Both the position numbers and the translations under genes were made by a program. The notes under the pieces were generated by a model that was given only the letters and a program-made list of their open reading frames with translations, was not told where the DNA came from and ran no database searches. From positions 1 to 52,361 of IMG/VR virus record IMGVR_UViG_3300025309_000439: a DNA stretch of 52,361 nt. One strand, given 5' to 3'. The stretch is from a virus. Taxonomy: Duplodnaviria; Caudoviricetes. Each line of letters opens with the position of its first letter. Position 1 is the stretch's first letter. Positions 25,267 to 34,588 of the stretch are shown here, piece by piece.

Positions 25267-27714
25267 ATGGCTGAAACATTTACAGACAAGCTGAAACTTT
25301 CAAAACGCGACACCGGCGACCTTAACTGGGGCCAGGGCGCGAACGCCAATCTTGAGGCGTTGGACGCGCATAGCCAGCAGGCCTATCTTCGCCCACCTAG
25401 GACACTCCTCTCCACGTTAGGGAATGGTGGCGTTGGGGCCAATATATCAGGCGGAATAGCCTATTTTTACAAGATTACCGCGATCAACGCGGCAGGCGAG
25501 ACTACAGAAAGTAAAATCCCGGCAGTAGTTGAAGCGCAGATAACGCAGCCTGCCACACCGCTTCCCGTTATCCTGCAGTGGGAGCCGGTCAAAGGCGCAT
25601 CCGGTTACAAAATTTATAAAGCGACAGCCTCAGGCCAGCAGAAATACCTGGCCTCCGTTTCAGGCGAAGCCACCGTCACATATACTGACGACGGGAATAC
25701 CGCAACCAACCCGGGGATAGCGGTACCCACCGCTAACAGTGCCCGGACATCGGTTTCCAAGATAATCGCGGGTAATAACATCACGCTGACACCCACTGAT
25801 GGCACGGGGGATGTAACGATAAACGCGACAGGCGCAGCCGGTCCCGCCGATGCGTCGGACACTGTAAAGGGCATAACAAAACTCTCAGTCACACCTGCCG
25901 CCCCGACTAACCCAATCGCGGTCGGAGACAACGACCCCAGAAATAGCAATTCAAGAGCGCCAACCGGGAGTGCAAGCGGAGACTTAGCTGGAAATTACCC
26001 AAGCCCGACGGTCGCAAAGTTGCAGACCAAAGCAGTCTCAGCAACGGCACCGGCGGACGGACAGATATTGAAGTATGTGTCCGCCAATTCGCAATGGGAG
26101 CCAGCGACACCGGCAGCCAGCGGCGGAGGCTATGTCAAAGTGGTTGTCGCCGCGCCGTCCGGCGTCGCCGCAACCGACCAATCCAATATTCAAACCGCTT
26201 TGAATTCTATTGGGACAGACGGCGGCATTGTCCTCCTACGGGAAGGAATTTATCAGTTAACGGGCGCGCTGACGGTCAAGCTTAAGACCAGAATTCAAGG
26301 CCAGGGAATGGATGTGACCGTTCTTAAGGCTCCCAACCTGGCTCTAAATGCCAGCCTGTTTGTGAGTTCTACATTCCCCAATCCGTCCCAATCCATTGAG
26401 TTTTTGGATGTCGGTTTTGACTGGACTGCTGTTCAGGGAGAAGATACAGCACTGCTCTCCGGCACAGGCGGCGGCACCAATACCATCGACTTTGTCAAAA
26501 TCCTGCGCTGCAGATTCAAGGGACACACCTATACGCTAAGACTGCATATGACGAGGCTCGCCAATGGCTCAGCATATGGTTGGGAGATCGCCCACTGCGT
26601 TTTTGACGGGAACCAAAGGACAAATTTCCATTTCCTGAGCACTGCCAGCGTGGGCATGGTTTTCAAGACCAACATCCACCACAATATCTTCAAAAATTCA
26701 TACACGGAAGGGATATTCGTTCAGCTGCGGACACAGGACACTGTTTTCACGAACAACATCATCCATTCCCAGGCGGCGGGCGCATTGCTGGTGGAACGCA
26801 GCGATTCATCAGCGTCATCACTTGACTCAATCGTCAGCTCCAACATTATTTACACCGGCGCGGGACAGATGGCGCTTTATATCAGGGGCCCGAACGGCTC
26901 CTTTGTGGGTAATAAACTAGTCGGCGGCGGCAAGATTCTGCTGGAAGCCAACGGCACTAACAACCTCGTGGAAGCCAATCATGGCGACATTGAGCTGAAT
27001 TCCGGAGTGTACGGCAACAGCATCATCGGCAACAAAGGCACGTTGACCGATAATTCAGGCGCGGCAAATACGATAGTATCCACTTTCGTTTCGGGAGTAA
27101 GGAAATCAGGCGAGGCCGCCCCGCTGGCGGGCGACGTGAAACTTGAGGCGGGCAGTAACATTACCCTGACGCAGGACGCCGTAAACAACAAAATCAGCAT
27201 CGCGGCCAGTGTTGGGGCTTGGATAAAAGTTCACGAGGAAATCCTGACCAGTACCGCCAGCCAGTTCTCGGCCGTCACGGGGCTCGATCTCGACACACAC
27301 AAGCTTTACAGATTCATCCTTTCTATCAGGGACAAGTCGGGAACCGCAGGTGATCTCGAAGCGCAGCTCATAATGAACAACCTGACAACCCTTACGAATT
27401 ACCAGAGCCGCAGACGGATTTACGGCAACGACGGGACTATAACACTGAACGCCGCCGAGGCTGCGCCGGTTATAACGAAGCTGGATGACCACGCTTTTGT
27501 AGAAGGCTACATCCACAATCAGTCAGGGAATGACTATACCTGCCTTATCGCAAAAACGCATAAAGGCGTCCCGTGGTACTGGAGCATGGAAGATGTAATA
27601 CTGACCACATACAACATCGTCGGCATAAATCTCACACAGATTCAGGTTAAATCACACGACATAACGAAATATTTCGGCGCGGGGTCATGGCTGAGGATAT
27701 TAAGGCCCGCGTAA
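25267..27714 (+). CDS. Fibre/spike protein with an FN3-like domain and a right-handed beta-helix (pectate lyase-like)
   Basis: LQWEPVKGASGYKIY; fibre motifs DASDTVKGITKLS and GDLAGNYPSP; IQTALN..GGIVLL..G.Y beta-helix start; Asn ladders. Confidence 0.8.
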   Translation: MAETFTDKLKLSKRDTGDLNWGQGANANLEALDAHSQQAYLRPPRTLLSTLGNGGVGANISGGIAYFYKITAINAAGETTESKIPAVVEAQITQPATPLPVILQWEPVKGASGYKIYKATASGQQKYLASVSGEATVTYTDDGNTATNPGIAVPTANSARTSVSKIIAGNNITLTPTDGTGDVTINATGAAGPADASDTVKGITKLSVTPAAPTNPIAVGDNDPRNSNSRAPTGSASGDLAGNYPSPTVAKLQTKAVSATAPADGQILKYVSANSQWEPATPAASGGGYVKVVVAAPSGVAATDQSNIQTALNSIGTDGGIVLLREGIYQLTGALTVKLKTRIQGQGMDVTVLKAPNLALNASLFVSSTFPNPSQSIEFLDVGFDWTAVQGEDTALLSGTGGGTNTIDFVKILRCRFKGHTYTLRLHMTRLANGSAYGWEIAHCVFDGNQRTNFHFLSTASVGMVFKTNIHHNIFKNSYTEGIFVQLRTQDTVFTNNIIHSQAAGALLVERSDSSASSLDSIVSSNIIYTGAGQMALYIRGPNGSFVGNKLVGGGKILLEANGTNNLVEANHGDIELNSGVYGNSIIGNKGTLTDNSGAANTIVSTFVSGVRKSGEAAPLAGDVKLEAGSNITLTQDAVNNKISIAASVGAWIKVHEEILTSTASQFSAVTGLDLDTHKLYRFILSIRDKSGTAGDLEAQLIMNNLTTLTNYQSRRRIYGNDGTITLNAAEAAPVITKLDDHAFVEGYIHNQSGNDYTCLIAKTHKGVPWYWSMEDVILTTYNIVGINLTQIQVKSHDITKYFGAGSWLRILRPA

Positions 27715-27729
27715 CAAGGAGAAACTAAA

Positions 27730-29061
27730 ATGGCAATAATTGAATCGCAGTTATCGCAGCAGGTCGTAGGCAATCTGGCGGCTGATATCTTGTCAGCCGA
27801 ACCGCCTGTACTGGGGCTTATTCAAGCCAGCCAGTTTATAGACGGTTTAACACCCAAAGGCAAGACGCGACTTACCTTAAACTGGACTGCGCCGACCAAA
27901 AACGAGTTTATAGCTGGCGAACTGCTCAAAAATCCGGACGGCACACCCGATCTGTCAGACGGCGTGGCTAACGCGTTGCATGAAATGCAGTTCGACCCGA
28001 TAGTCGCCGGTTCCTTTGGCGTCTTTGAGCGCACAGGTGCGTCGGTGAGCGTTAAAACCCTTTCCGCTTCGACAGTACACGGCCAGCGCGTGATAAACAT
28101 CGGCACACCTGTTCCGGGTGATATCATCGCGGGGGCCAAGATAGTCATAGACGATGGCGTGACGAATAAAGAGGAATACGTCGAGGTTAAGGCGGTGAAC
28201 ACGCTGACCGGCGATGTAACGCTGGTCGACGGGCTGTTCTACCCACACGCCTCAGGCGCGGCAGTTAAGCAGGTTACTCTTTCGGCCAAGACTCTCTCCA
28301 CGCATTACAGCCTTGAGCTGTCTACCGGCGTTCTTACCGAGCTGGCTGGCGGTTTTACGGCTGGCAACCGGCTAGTCATCCGGTATCAGGGAACGCTACA
28401 GGACCTCGACCATTACGAGCTTTACCGGGTGCCCGGCAATGCGCCGGTCTCTATCCCGATCAAAGCGAACGTGCTGGCCGCGTCTGGCGTGTCAGCGGTA
28501 AGCTCCGCTATCCCATCCACGGCAACCTCCTTCCAGGATCAGACACCACTGGACCCGGATAACGGCAAGGACTTCACGTATTACCTGTTCAGCGTGGACG
28601 ATCAGGGCAATGCATCCAATCTGACCAGCGAGGTGATGACGCAGAACCAGCATCTGGCGTTTGTTGAGCTTATCCCGACTGTGCCGCAGAATCTGGCGAC
28701 CGAAGTATCGTCCAACAAGGTGGTGGTCTCCTGGGATGCGCTCTCGGACCCGAACGCCAACGGCTATAACATCTTCCGTGCGCCAGGCTCCACATTCGAC
28801 CCCGCGCAGGCCTTAAAGGTGAACTCCACGCTGATAGGGAAAGGCACAGGCCGGGTCAGTTTCGACGATAGCGCGAGCAACGCGTCCAACCGCAGGCCTG
28901 CCGGGGACGTGCCATACCCGCAGGACGGGCAGACTTACAGCTACAAGGTAGAGGCCGAGGACACCACGACCTACTGGACCGACGGTACGGCCAATATCCC
29001 CACACTAGACACCAGCGCCTCCAAAACGGCTGGCATCGGCGATGGGACAGGCGGGAGGTAG
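27730..29061 (+). CDS. Structural protein with FN3/Ig-like domains
   Basis: LNWTAP, YELYR, PQNL...VVSWD...GYNIFR, YSYKV motifs. Confidence 0.75.
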   Translation: MAIIESQLSQQVVGNLAADILSAEPPVLGLIQASQFIDGLTPKGKTRLTLNWTAPTKNEFIAGELLKNPDGTPDLSDGVANALHEMQFDPIVAGSFGVFERTGASVSVKTLSASTVHGQRVINIGTPVPGDIIAGAKIVIDDGVTNKEEYVEVKAVNTLTGDVTLVDGLFYPHASGAAVKQVTLSAKTLSTHYSLELSTGVLTELAGGFTAGNRLVIRYQGTLQDLDHYELYRVPGNAPVSIPIKANVLAASGVSAVSSAIPSTATSFQDQTPLDPDNGKDFTYYLFSVDDQGNASNLTSEVMTQNQHLAFVELIPTVPQNLATEVSSNKVVVSWDALSDPNANGYNIFRAPGSTFDPAQALKVNSTLIGKGTGRVSFDDSASNASNRRPAGDVPYPQDGQTYSYKVEAEDTTTYWTDGTANIPTLDTSASKTAGIGDGTGGR

Positions 29062-29063
29062 TG

Positions 29064-29384
29064 ATGTCTGACGGCGAGAATCCTGTATTAAACGTCAACC
29101 GGCCAGGCTGCGCCCCCAAGGCAGTTGTGTTTATGAATAAGAACCAGCGGCCTATGACGCCTGCAGAGGCCAAGCGCGCCCGGTTCGTTAAGAACCTCAG
29201 GAACAATTACGCCCGGCTTAATGAGGCGTTGGCGTTCTTTGAATACTTCGCCGGGATCTGCGAGCTTTCCTTTGACTGTCGAGAATCCATCAGGAAAGCC
29301 AATAAGGAGGCTATCGAAGAACTCGGCAGGAAATTGGCAGAGAAGCTTGCCGAATACGATAAACGGCTTAAGGGGGATGCGTAA
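29064..29384 (+). CDS. Hypothetical coiled-coil protein
   Basis: GGGAGG RBS; lies within the structural operon. Confidence 0.65.
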   Translation: MSDGENPVLNVNRPGCAPKAVVFMNKNQRPMTPAEAKRARFVKNLRNNYARLNEALAFFEYFAGICELSFDCRESIRKANKEAIEELGRKLAEKLAEYDKRLKGDA

Positions 29385-29387
29385 CCC

Positions 29388-29981
29388 ATGGCACGACTGG
29401 CGTCACTCTTGTCACAGGGAATATCGGACGTAATACCAACGTCCTACACCATCCCCGCGTTGGTTTCGGCCATGACAGGCGGCGAAATACCAGAGTCCGG
29501 CATATTGCTGGAATGGATAGAAGCCGCCACAGAAGAAATAGACCGCCGGTCAGGCATGTGCTTCCGCGCCAAGCAGTTCACGAATGTATTGGACGGTGAC
29601 GACTCGGATTCCATCTTTCTGGACTGCTATCCGATACTGGAGATTACTTCTCTTGTGCTGGACGGCGATATTATCCAGCCAGAGGACTATATCGTACGGA
29701 AAAAGACCGGGATTATCCGGCTAAAAGACCGCGCGACACCTATTGGCATCGCTAACGTAATTGTCAGCGGCATACACGGCTGCCAAAAGGTCCCGGCGCT
29801 GGTTCAGAAGATAGCCACCCTGATAGCGGCAAAGACCGCCTTGTCATCCCGATTTGAGCCGTTGGTCGATAGCGAGAATATAGGCGATTTCTCGCAGACA
29901 CGCTCGTTCAAGAAACTTAATGACGAGCTGGACAGGGCATGGGCCGCGCTCGGCAAACGATTCAGGGTGACGACACTATGA
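29388..29981 (+). CDS. Head-tail adaptor (gp6/gp15-like)
   Basis: IEAATEEIDR, LDGD, YPI, VPALV, SENIGDFS motifs. Confidence 0.8.
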   Translation: MARLASLLSQGISDVIPTSYTIPALVSAMTGGEIPESGILLEWIEAATEEIDRRSGMCFRAKQFTNVLDGDDSDSIFLDCYPILEITSLVLDGDIIQPEDYIVRKKTGIIRLKDRATPIGIANVIVSGIHGCQKVPALVQKIATLIAAKTALSSRFEPLVDSENIGDFSQTRSFKKLNDELDRAWAALGKRFRVTTL

Positions 29982-30301
29982 TTGAAAAGCGGCTGCTGAC
30001 CGAAACAGTCACCATCCGCAAGCCGGTCCAGCAGTTTGTAAGCGGCACCAAGCAGCCGGTTTTCAACTATGAGACAGTCGCCACGGGTGTAAAAGCCAGA
30101 TTCAACCCGGGCGGGACAACGATAAATCGGAATGTGCTGGGGCAGACACCCAAAGGCTCGTTTAGGCTGTTTCTGAACCCGACCGAGCTTAAAGTGAACT
30201 ATGAAATTGTCCGTGAGTCGGACGGAGAAGCGTTTCTCGTAACCGATGTTAAGAATTTCTGGAACCATCATCTGGAAGCCATGTTGGAGGAAAAGAAGTG
30301 A
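29978..30301 (+). CDS. Head closure protein
   Basis: LTETVTI...HHLE pattern; position; ATGA overlap. Confidence 0.7.
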   Translation: MIEKRLLTETVTIRKPVQQFVSGTKQPVFNYETVATGVKARFNPGGTTINRNVLGQTPKGSFRLFLNPTELKVNYEIVRESDGEAFLVTDVKNFWNHHLEAMLEEKK

Positions 30302-30786
30302 TCCGCATCATCTTAAAGGAAAAAGGCGAGATAACCAAGACGCTACCGCAGTTGCCGCAACGGCTGCGCAACGCTATTGTGCGGGCCATGCGCGAATCGG
30401 CTGTGCTTGTCCAGAGCTACGCCAAGCTATATGCGCCGGTATTCCGAGGACTGTTACGAGTCTCAATAGCCCAGAACGTGACAGAAGAAGGCAACCGGAT
30501 AACCGGCGAGGTTGGCTCAGGACTGGTTTATGCTTCCGTACTTGAGGAAGGCCGTAATCCGTGGCCCGGCGCTATGCCGCCGCCGACAGGCGACCTGCGC
30601 ACCTGGGCACGGCGCAAACTGGGTGACGAACGGCTGGCATTTGTGGTCGCCAGAGCCATCAAGCGGCGCGGATTCCGGGCCCAGCCATATCTTAAGCCAG
30701 CGCTCTTGGGCGCAACGCCACGGATTCAGACTATTTTCCAGTCACGCATCCTGGAAGCATTACAGCAGGCGGGAGGTGCGACCTAA
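30298..30786 (+). CDS. HK97 gp10-like neck/tail completion protein
   Basis: APV..G.LR.SI, YASVLEEG, AQPYLKPA motifs. Confidence 0.85.
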   Translation: MIRIILKEKGEITKTLPQLPQRLRNAIVRAMRESAVLVQSYAKLYAPVFRGLLRVSIAQNVTEEGNRITGEVGSGLVYASVLEEGRNPWPGAMPPPTGDLRTWARRKLGDERLAFVVARAIKRRGFRAQPYLKPALLGATPRIQTIFQSRILEALQQAGGAT

Positions 30787-31277
30787 TGAGTGCGCCGCGC
30801 CTCCATGAAACGCTCATAGCCGAGCGCATAGTCGACCTCATTGACCGGAACCTGTCTGAAACGATGGGCCTTAAGGTGGTCGCCATAGGCGCACTCGAGT
30901 TTTTCCCCGCTTTGGAGAGCCTGGCTGACAATGTCCCGGCTGTATTTGTAAAACCTGCGCCCGCTACCAGTCTTGAGCGCATTACGACCGGCCAGACGTA
31001 CCGCATCGTCTATCATTTCCGGCTGGTGTTCGTAAAACCGTTCGGACCTAGCGAAGAGGTAGTCAAGCTCAAAACACTTGAGACGCAGAAGTTGGCTGAG
31101 CTGCTCATAGACCACGTGGACCTTGGCGGCCTGGCATTACCGAACGGACAGGTCTTGTTCTCGAGTCTGAAAGCTATCGAGTGGGAGCCGTCCGAGGATA
31201 ATCTGGTCGCCACCATAAACGCCAATATGACGGCAACCGCGCTGGTATTTACAGTGGAAACGACAAGTCGCAAATAA
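30786..31277 (+). CDS. Tail terminator-like protein
   Basis: Position before the tail tube; PAVFV motif; 163 aa. Confidence 0.65.
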   Translation: MSAPRLHETLIAERIVDLIDRNLSETMGLKVVAIGALEFFPALESLADNVPAVFVKPAPATSLERITTGQTYRIVYHFRLVFVKPFGPSEEVVKLKTLETQKLAELLIDHVDLGGLALPNGQVLFSSLKAIEWEPSEDNLVATINANMTATALVFTVETTSRK

Positions 31278-31292
31278 CGGAGGAATGAGAAT

Positions 31293-32255
31293 ATGCCCTA
31301 TGCAATCGAAAATCAGAAATACGGCTTTAAAAAAGAAGCCACTCGCGGGATAGCCGAAGCCGCGCCGCAGAAATTCCTGGCGGTCGGAGCTGAGGCTCTG
31401 CTGGACTATAAATCGCTGCTTATAGCAGACGACAAGATACGCGGTTCCAAAGAATCATTCCCCTCCACTGCCGGGGTGCGAGAAGGCAGCGGCAAGCTGC
31501 CCGCTATCGACATTGAAGCGGATACGCTGGGAGATCTGCTACTCGGCTGTCTCGGCAAGGTTACGACCACACAGCCGGACGCTGTCAACTCGCCTACTGT
31601 GTTCAGACACACTTTCAAACCCGACAACCGGGTGCTGTTCCCGTCCTTCACATATTTTGCCGATCTCGGGCTGGGCGTTAAACGCTATCCGCTCACGGTC
31701 ATCAAGAAATTGACTATGGCAGGCGCGGTTGACGGCAAAGGACAAGTCGAGGCGGAAGTGCTGTTTAAAAACGAGGAGCCGGCCGCCGCGTTCTCTGCGG
31801 TATTCGGCGCACCCAAACCGCTGATGTTCTTCCAGACCGAATTCAAACTCGATGGAGTCTTAAATCAGGACATTAAAAGCTGGACACTCAGTATAGACAA
31901 CGCCTCGGCAGTGCACAGGACCTTAAACCAGTCCAGAGACGCGAAGGATATTGTGTCCACGGGCAGATTCATCATAGAAGGCGGCTATGAGATATTCTTT
32001 GAGACCGAAGCCAACCGCCAGAAATTCATTGATAATCTGCCGCAGGCAATAGACCTCGCCCTTACCGGCGACATCATAGAGGATGCGTTCAAAAACAAGT
32101 TGGAACTGAGCATCCCGAAAGCCAAATATACCGCCTATGCGTTCGGGGCGCTGGAAGGCCTGTTCGGCTCAGCTGTAGCATTTCAGGCCGAGCTGGACCC
32201 AACGCTGGGCTACAGTCTGCAGGCTATTCTCACGAATGCGGTAACGGGGTATTGA
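31293..32255 (+). CDS. Major tail tube protein
   Basis: KEATRG, HTFKP, PSFT, IDN, ELSIPKAKY motifs; GGAGG RBS. Confidence 0.85.
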   Translation: MPYAIENQKYGFKKEATRGIAEAAPQKFLAVGAEALLDYKSLLIADDKIRGSKESFPSTAGVREGSGKLPAIDIEADTLGDLLLGCLGKVTTTQPDAVNSPTVFRHTFKPDNRVLFPSFTYFADLGLGVKRYPLTVIKKLTMAGAVDGKGQVEAEVLFKNEEPAAAFSAVFGAPKPLMFFQTEFKLDGVLNQDIKSWTLSIDNASAVHRTLNQSRDAKDIVSTGRFIIEGGYEIFFETEANRQKFIDNLPQAIDLALTGDIIEDAFKNKLELSIPKAKYTAYAFGALEGLFGSAVAFQAELDPTLGYSLQAILTNAVTGY

Positions 32256-32257
32256 TT

Positions 32258-32635
32258 ATGAGCGAGCCGATAACGGCAGCCGAGCTTAAAATACGGCTGA
32301 ACCGCGAGAAAGTTGTCGAGGTCTGCGGCCTGGCGTTTAAAATACGCCGGGTGCCGCTGCTATTCCTTGGCGATGAGACCGCCGATTTCTGGACGCTTGC
32401 CCGACAGGGCAAGGACGCGCTCGCAAAGCGCATGAATGAGCTTATCGCCAATCCCAAGCTGCCACAATTCCGGCGCGTGCTGCTATACGGCGTTCTGTCA
32501 CCCAAGATATGCGTTGGCGACGAGGACAAGACTGCGGTTCCTGTCGACGATGTGTTGGCCGATTACCCGCTCGCGGTCGGGCTTTATGTCGAGATAATCA
32601 ATTTCACACTTGCTGCCATAACCAAGGAGGCTTAA
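32258..32635 (+). CDS. Tail assembly chaperone
   Basis: Lies between the tail tube and tape measure genes; GVLSPK motif. Confidence 0.7.
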   Translation: MSEPITAAELKIRLNREKVVEVCGLAFKIRRVPLLFLGDETADFWTLARQGKDALAKRMNELIANPKLPQFRRVLLYGVLSPKICVGDEDKTAVPVDDVLADYPLAVGLYVEIINFTLAAITKEA

Positions 32636-32638
32636 GTT

Positions 32639-34588
32639 ATGGCCGGCTTCGAGATAATCTTCGAGGCCATTGACCAGGCCTCGCCCGCCATACAACGGCT
32701 GTCACAGCAGTTGCTGGATGCCGCACAGCGCTCCGATACATTTGCTGGCGTAATAGAAAAGACCACAGCGCGGGCCGATAAGGCGTTCGCGGCACTCCCC
32801 CCCAAAGTAAACGCAACGGCACAGTCAATGACGGCTGTGCAAGGTGCGGCCAATCAACTTCTAAATCAGCTGGCCGGGTTTGCCACAGTTGCTGGCATCT
32901 CGGCATTCTTTAAATCCACAGCAGACGCGGCATTGAGCGAGGAAGAAGCATTGCGCCGCCTGCAATTCGCGGTGGAGGCGACCGGTGGCTCTTTCGGCAA
33001 AGAAAAAGACAGGATCACGGCATTTGCGCAGGAACAGCAGGCATTAACCCGATTCTCGGACACGGAAACATATGACGCATTAGGCAGACTGACGCGTGTG
33101 ACTGGTGATGCTGGCCAAGCTATGCAGGGCACAAGGCTCGCGTTCGGGCTGGCCTCCGCCTCAGGCAAGGATTTAAACACCATACTGGAACTACTGGGCC
33201 CGATACTGAATGGCGATGCATCACGCATGCGCGCGCTTAAGACCGAGTTCGGCGCGTTCATAGGGGATGCCAATACCGCGCAGGGCGTAATTGATGTCCT
33301 GTCCCAGAGGTTCGCAGGCGCGGCCGAGAAAGAAACCGGCTTTGCCATGCAACTGGCTTCATTACGGAACCGGCTGGACGATTTTAAGGAAGTTGTGGGC
33401 ACGGGCGTGCTCCCGGTTTTCAAGTTTCTTCTTGAGGCGGTTCTTAAGGGCTCGCAGTTCTTTGAGGTACTTGGCGTGGTTATCGCCAACTGGGGCGCGA
33501 AGGCGATGGCTATCTTTGAGCAGACTGCCCGGGGCTGGGGCGCTATCTTCAAAGGAGAGTTCAGCCGCCTGCCTGATATCGTGCAGGAAGCCAACACAAA
33601 GATACAGGCCATCGAGGAAGCGTCTGTAGAGCAGGCAGCGGAGGTTCAACGCCGCTATTCCAACGAACGCCAAGGGCTGATAACGCAGGAGGCCGAGATC
33701 AAAGTCCGGGTTACTCAAAAATCAATCGAGGAAACCCGGCGCGAAGCTGATGAGAAAAAGCGTCAGGGGCAGGATGCGCATGACAAACTGACCCAGCTGG
33801 AAGCAGAGCGACTGGACTCGGAAGGCCGAAACCTTGAATCCCGCCTGCTACTCATAGAGCAGGAGAAAACCCAGCGGTTCCAAATGTTCGAAGAGCTGCG
33901 CAACAAGGGCCTGATAACCGAGGACGAGCTTATGGCGGCCCGCCTGAACGCCTCAGCCATCGCGATATCGGAATCCCAAAGAGTAAGAGATGCCATCAAT
34001 TCAGACCTTATAGTAGTGCGCGACACACAAAAAGCGGTCTCAGATGCTTTCGCCTCCTCGTTTTCCGGCGCGGTAGCAGACATGATAATGGAGGGTAAGA
34101 GTTTTGAGGAGGCCTGGAAATCCGTAATGAATACGGTTTTAAGGACGGCTATTGAAACCTTTACCCGTGTGGCCGTAGAGCGGGCTCTGGCAGATTCCGC
34201 AGTTTCATCAGGCAGCGCCGCCGGTGGGATGGGCGGCGGGCTGTTAGCCGCCGGGTTTATGGCTGTCGCACCATCAGTATCAAAAGGCTTGAAGAAGATA
34301 TTCGGCTTTGCCGAGGGCGCTATTGTCACAAAGCCCGTCCTAGCAACAATCGCTGAAAACGGCCCGGAAGCAGTTATCCCGCTTAACCAGTTAGGGAACT
34401 ATGGTGGCGGCATAAGCGTCTCGGTCACACAGCATAACAATATAACGGTCTCCGGCATGGGCGATGAGCAGGTGCGGCAATTAATGCGCCGCATGTCGGA
34501 GGCAACGCGCTCCGGCGCGGCAGAAGGCGCGGAGCTGGTGAAGTCTATCCTGGCCAGGCAGGGCCGGTTGTCGCGGGAATCGGTATGA
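32639..34588 (+). CDS. Tape measure protein
   Basis: Ala-rich helical protein; AIDQAS start; FAEGAIV..P...IAENGPEAVIPL C-terminal motif. Confidence 0.92.
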   Translation: MAGFEIIFEAIDQASPAIQRLSQQLLDAAQRSDTFAGVIEKTTARADKAFAALPPKVNATAQSMTAVQGAANQLLNQLAGFATVAGISAFFKSTADAALSEEEALRRLQFAVEATGGSFGKEKDRITAFAQEQQALTRFSDTETYDALGRLTRVTGDAGQAMQGTRLAFGLASASGKDLNTILELLGPILNGDASRMRALKTEFGAFIGDANTAQGVIDVLSQRFAGAAEKETGFAMQLASLRNRLDDFKEVVGTGVLPVFKFLLEAVLKGSQFFEVLGVVIANWGAKAMAIFEQTARGWGAIFKGEFSRLPDIVQEANTKIQAIEEASVEQAAEVQRRYSNERQGLITQEAEIKVRVTQKSIEETRREADEKKRQGQDAHDKLTQLEAERLDSEGRNLESRLLLIEQEKTQRFQMFEELRNKGLITEDELMAARLNASAIAISESQRVRDAINSDLIVVRDTQKAVSDAFASSFSGAVADMIMEGKSFEEAWKSVMNTVLRTAIETFTRVAVERALADSAVSSGSAAGGMGGGLLAAGFMAVAPSVSKGLKKIFGFAEGAIVTKPVLATIAENGPEAVIPLNQLGNYGGGISVSVTQHNNITVSGMGDEQVRQLMRRMSEATRSGAAEGAELVKSILARQGRLSRESV

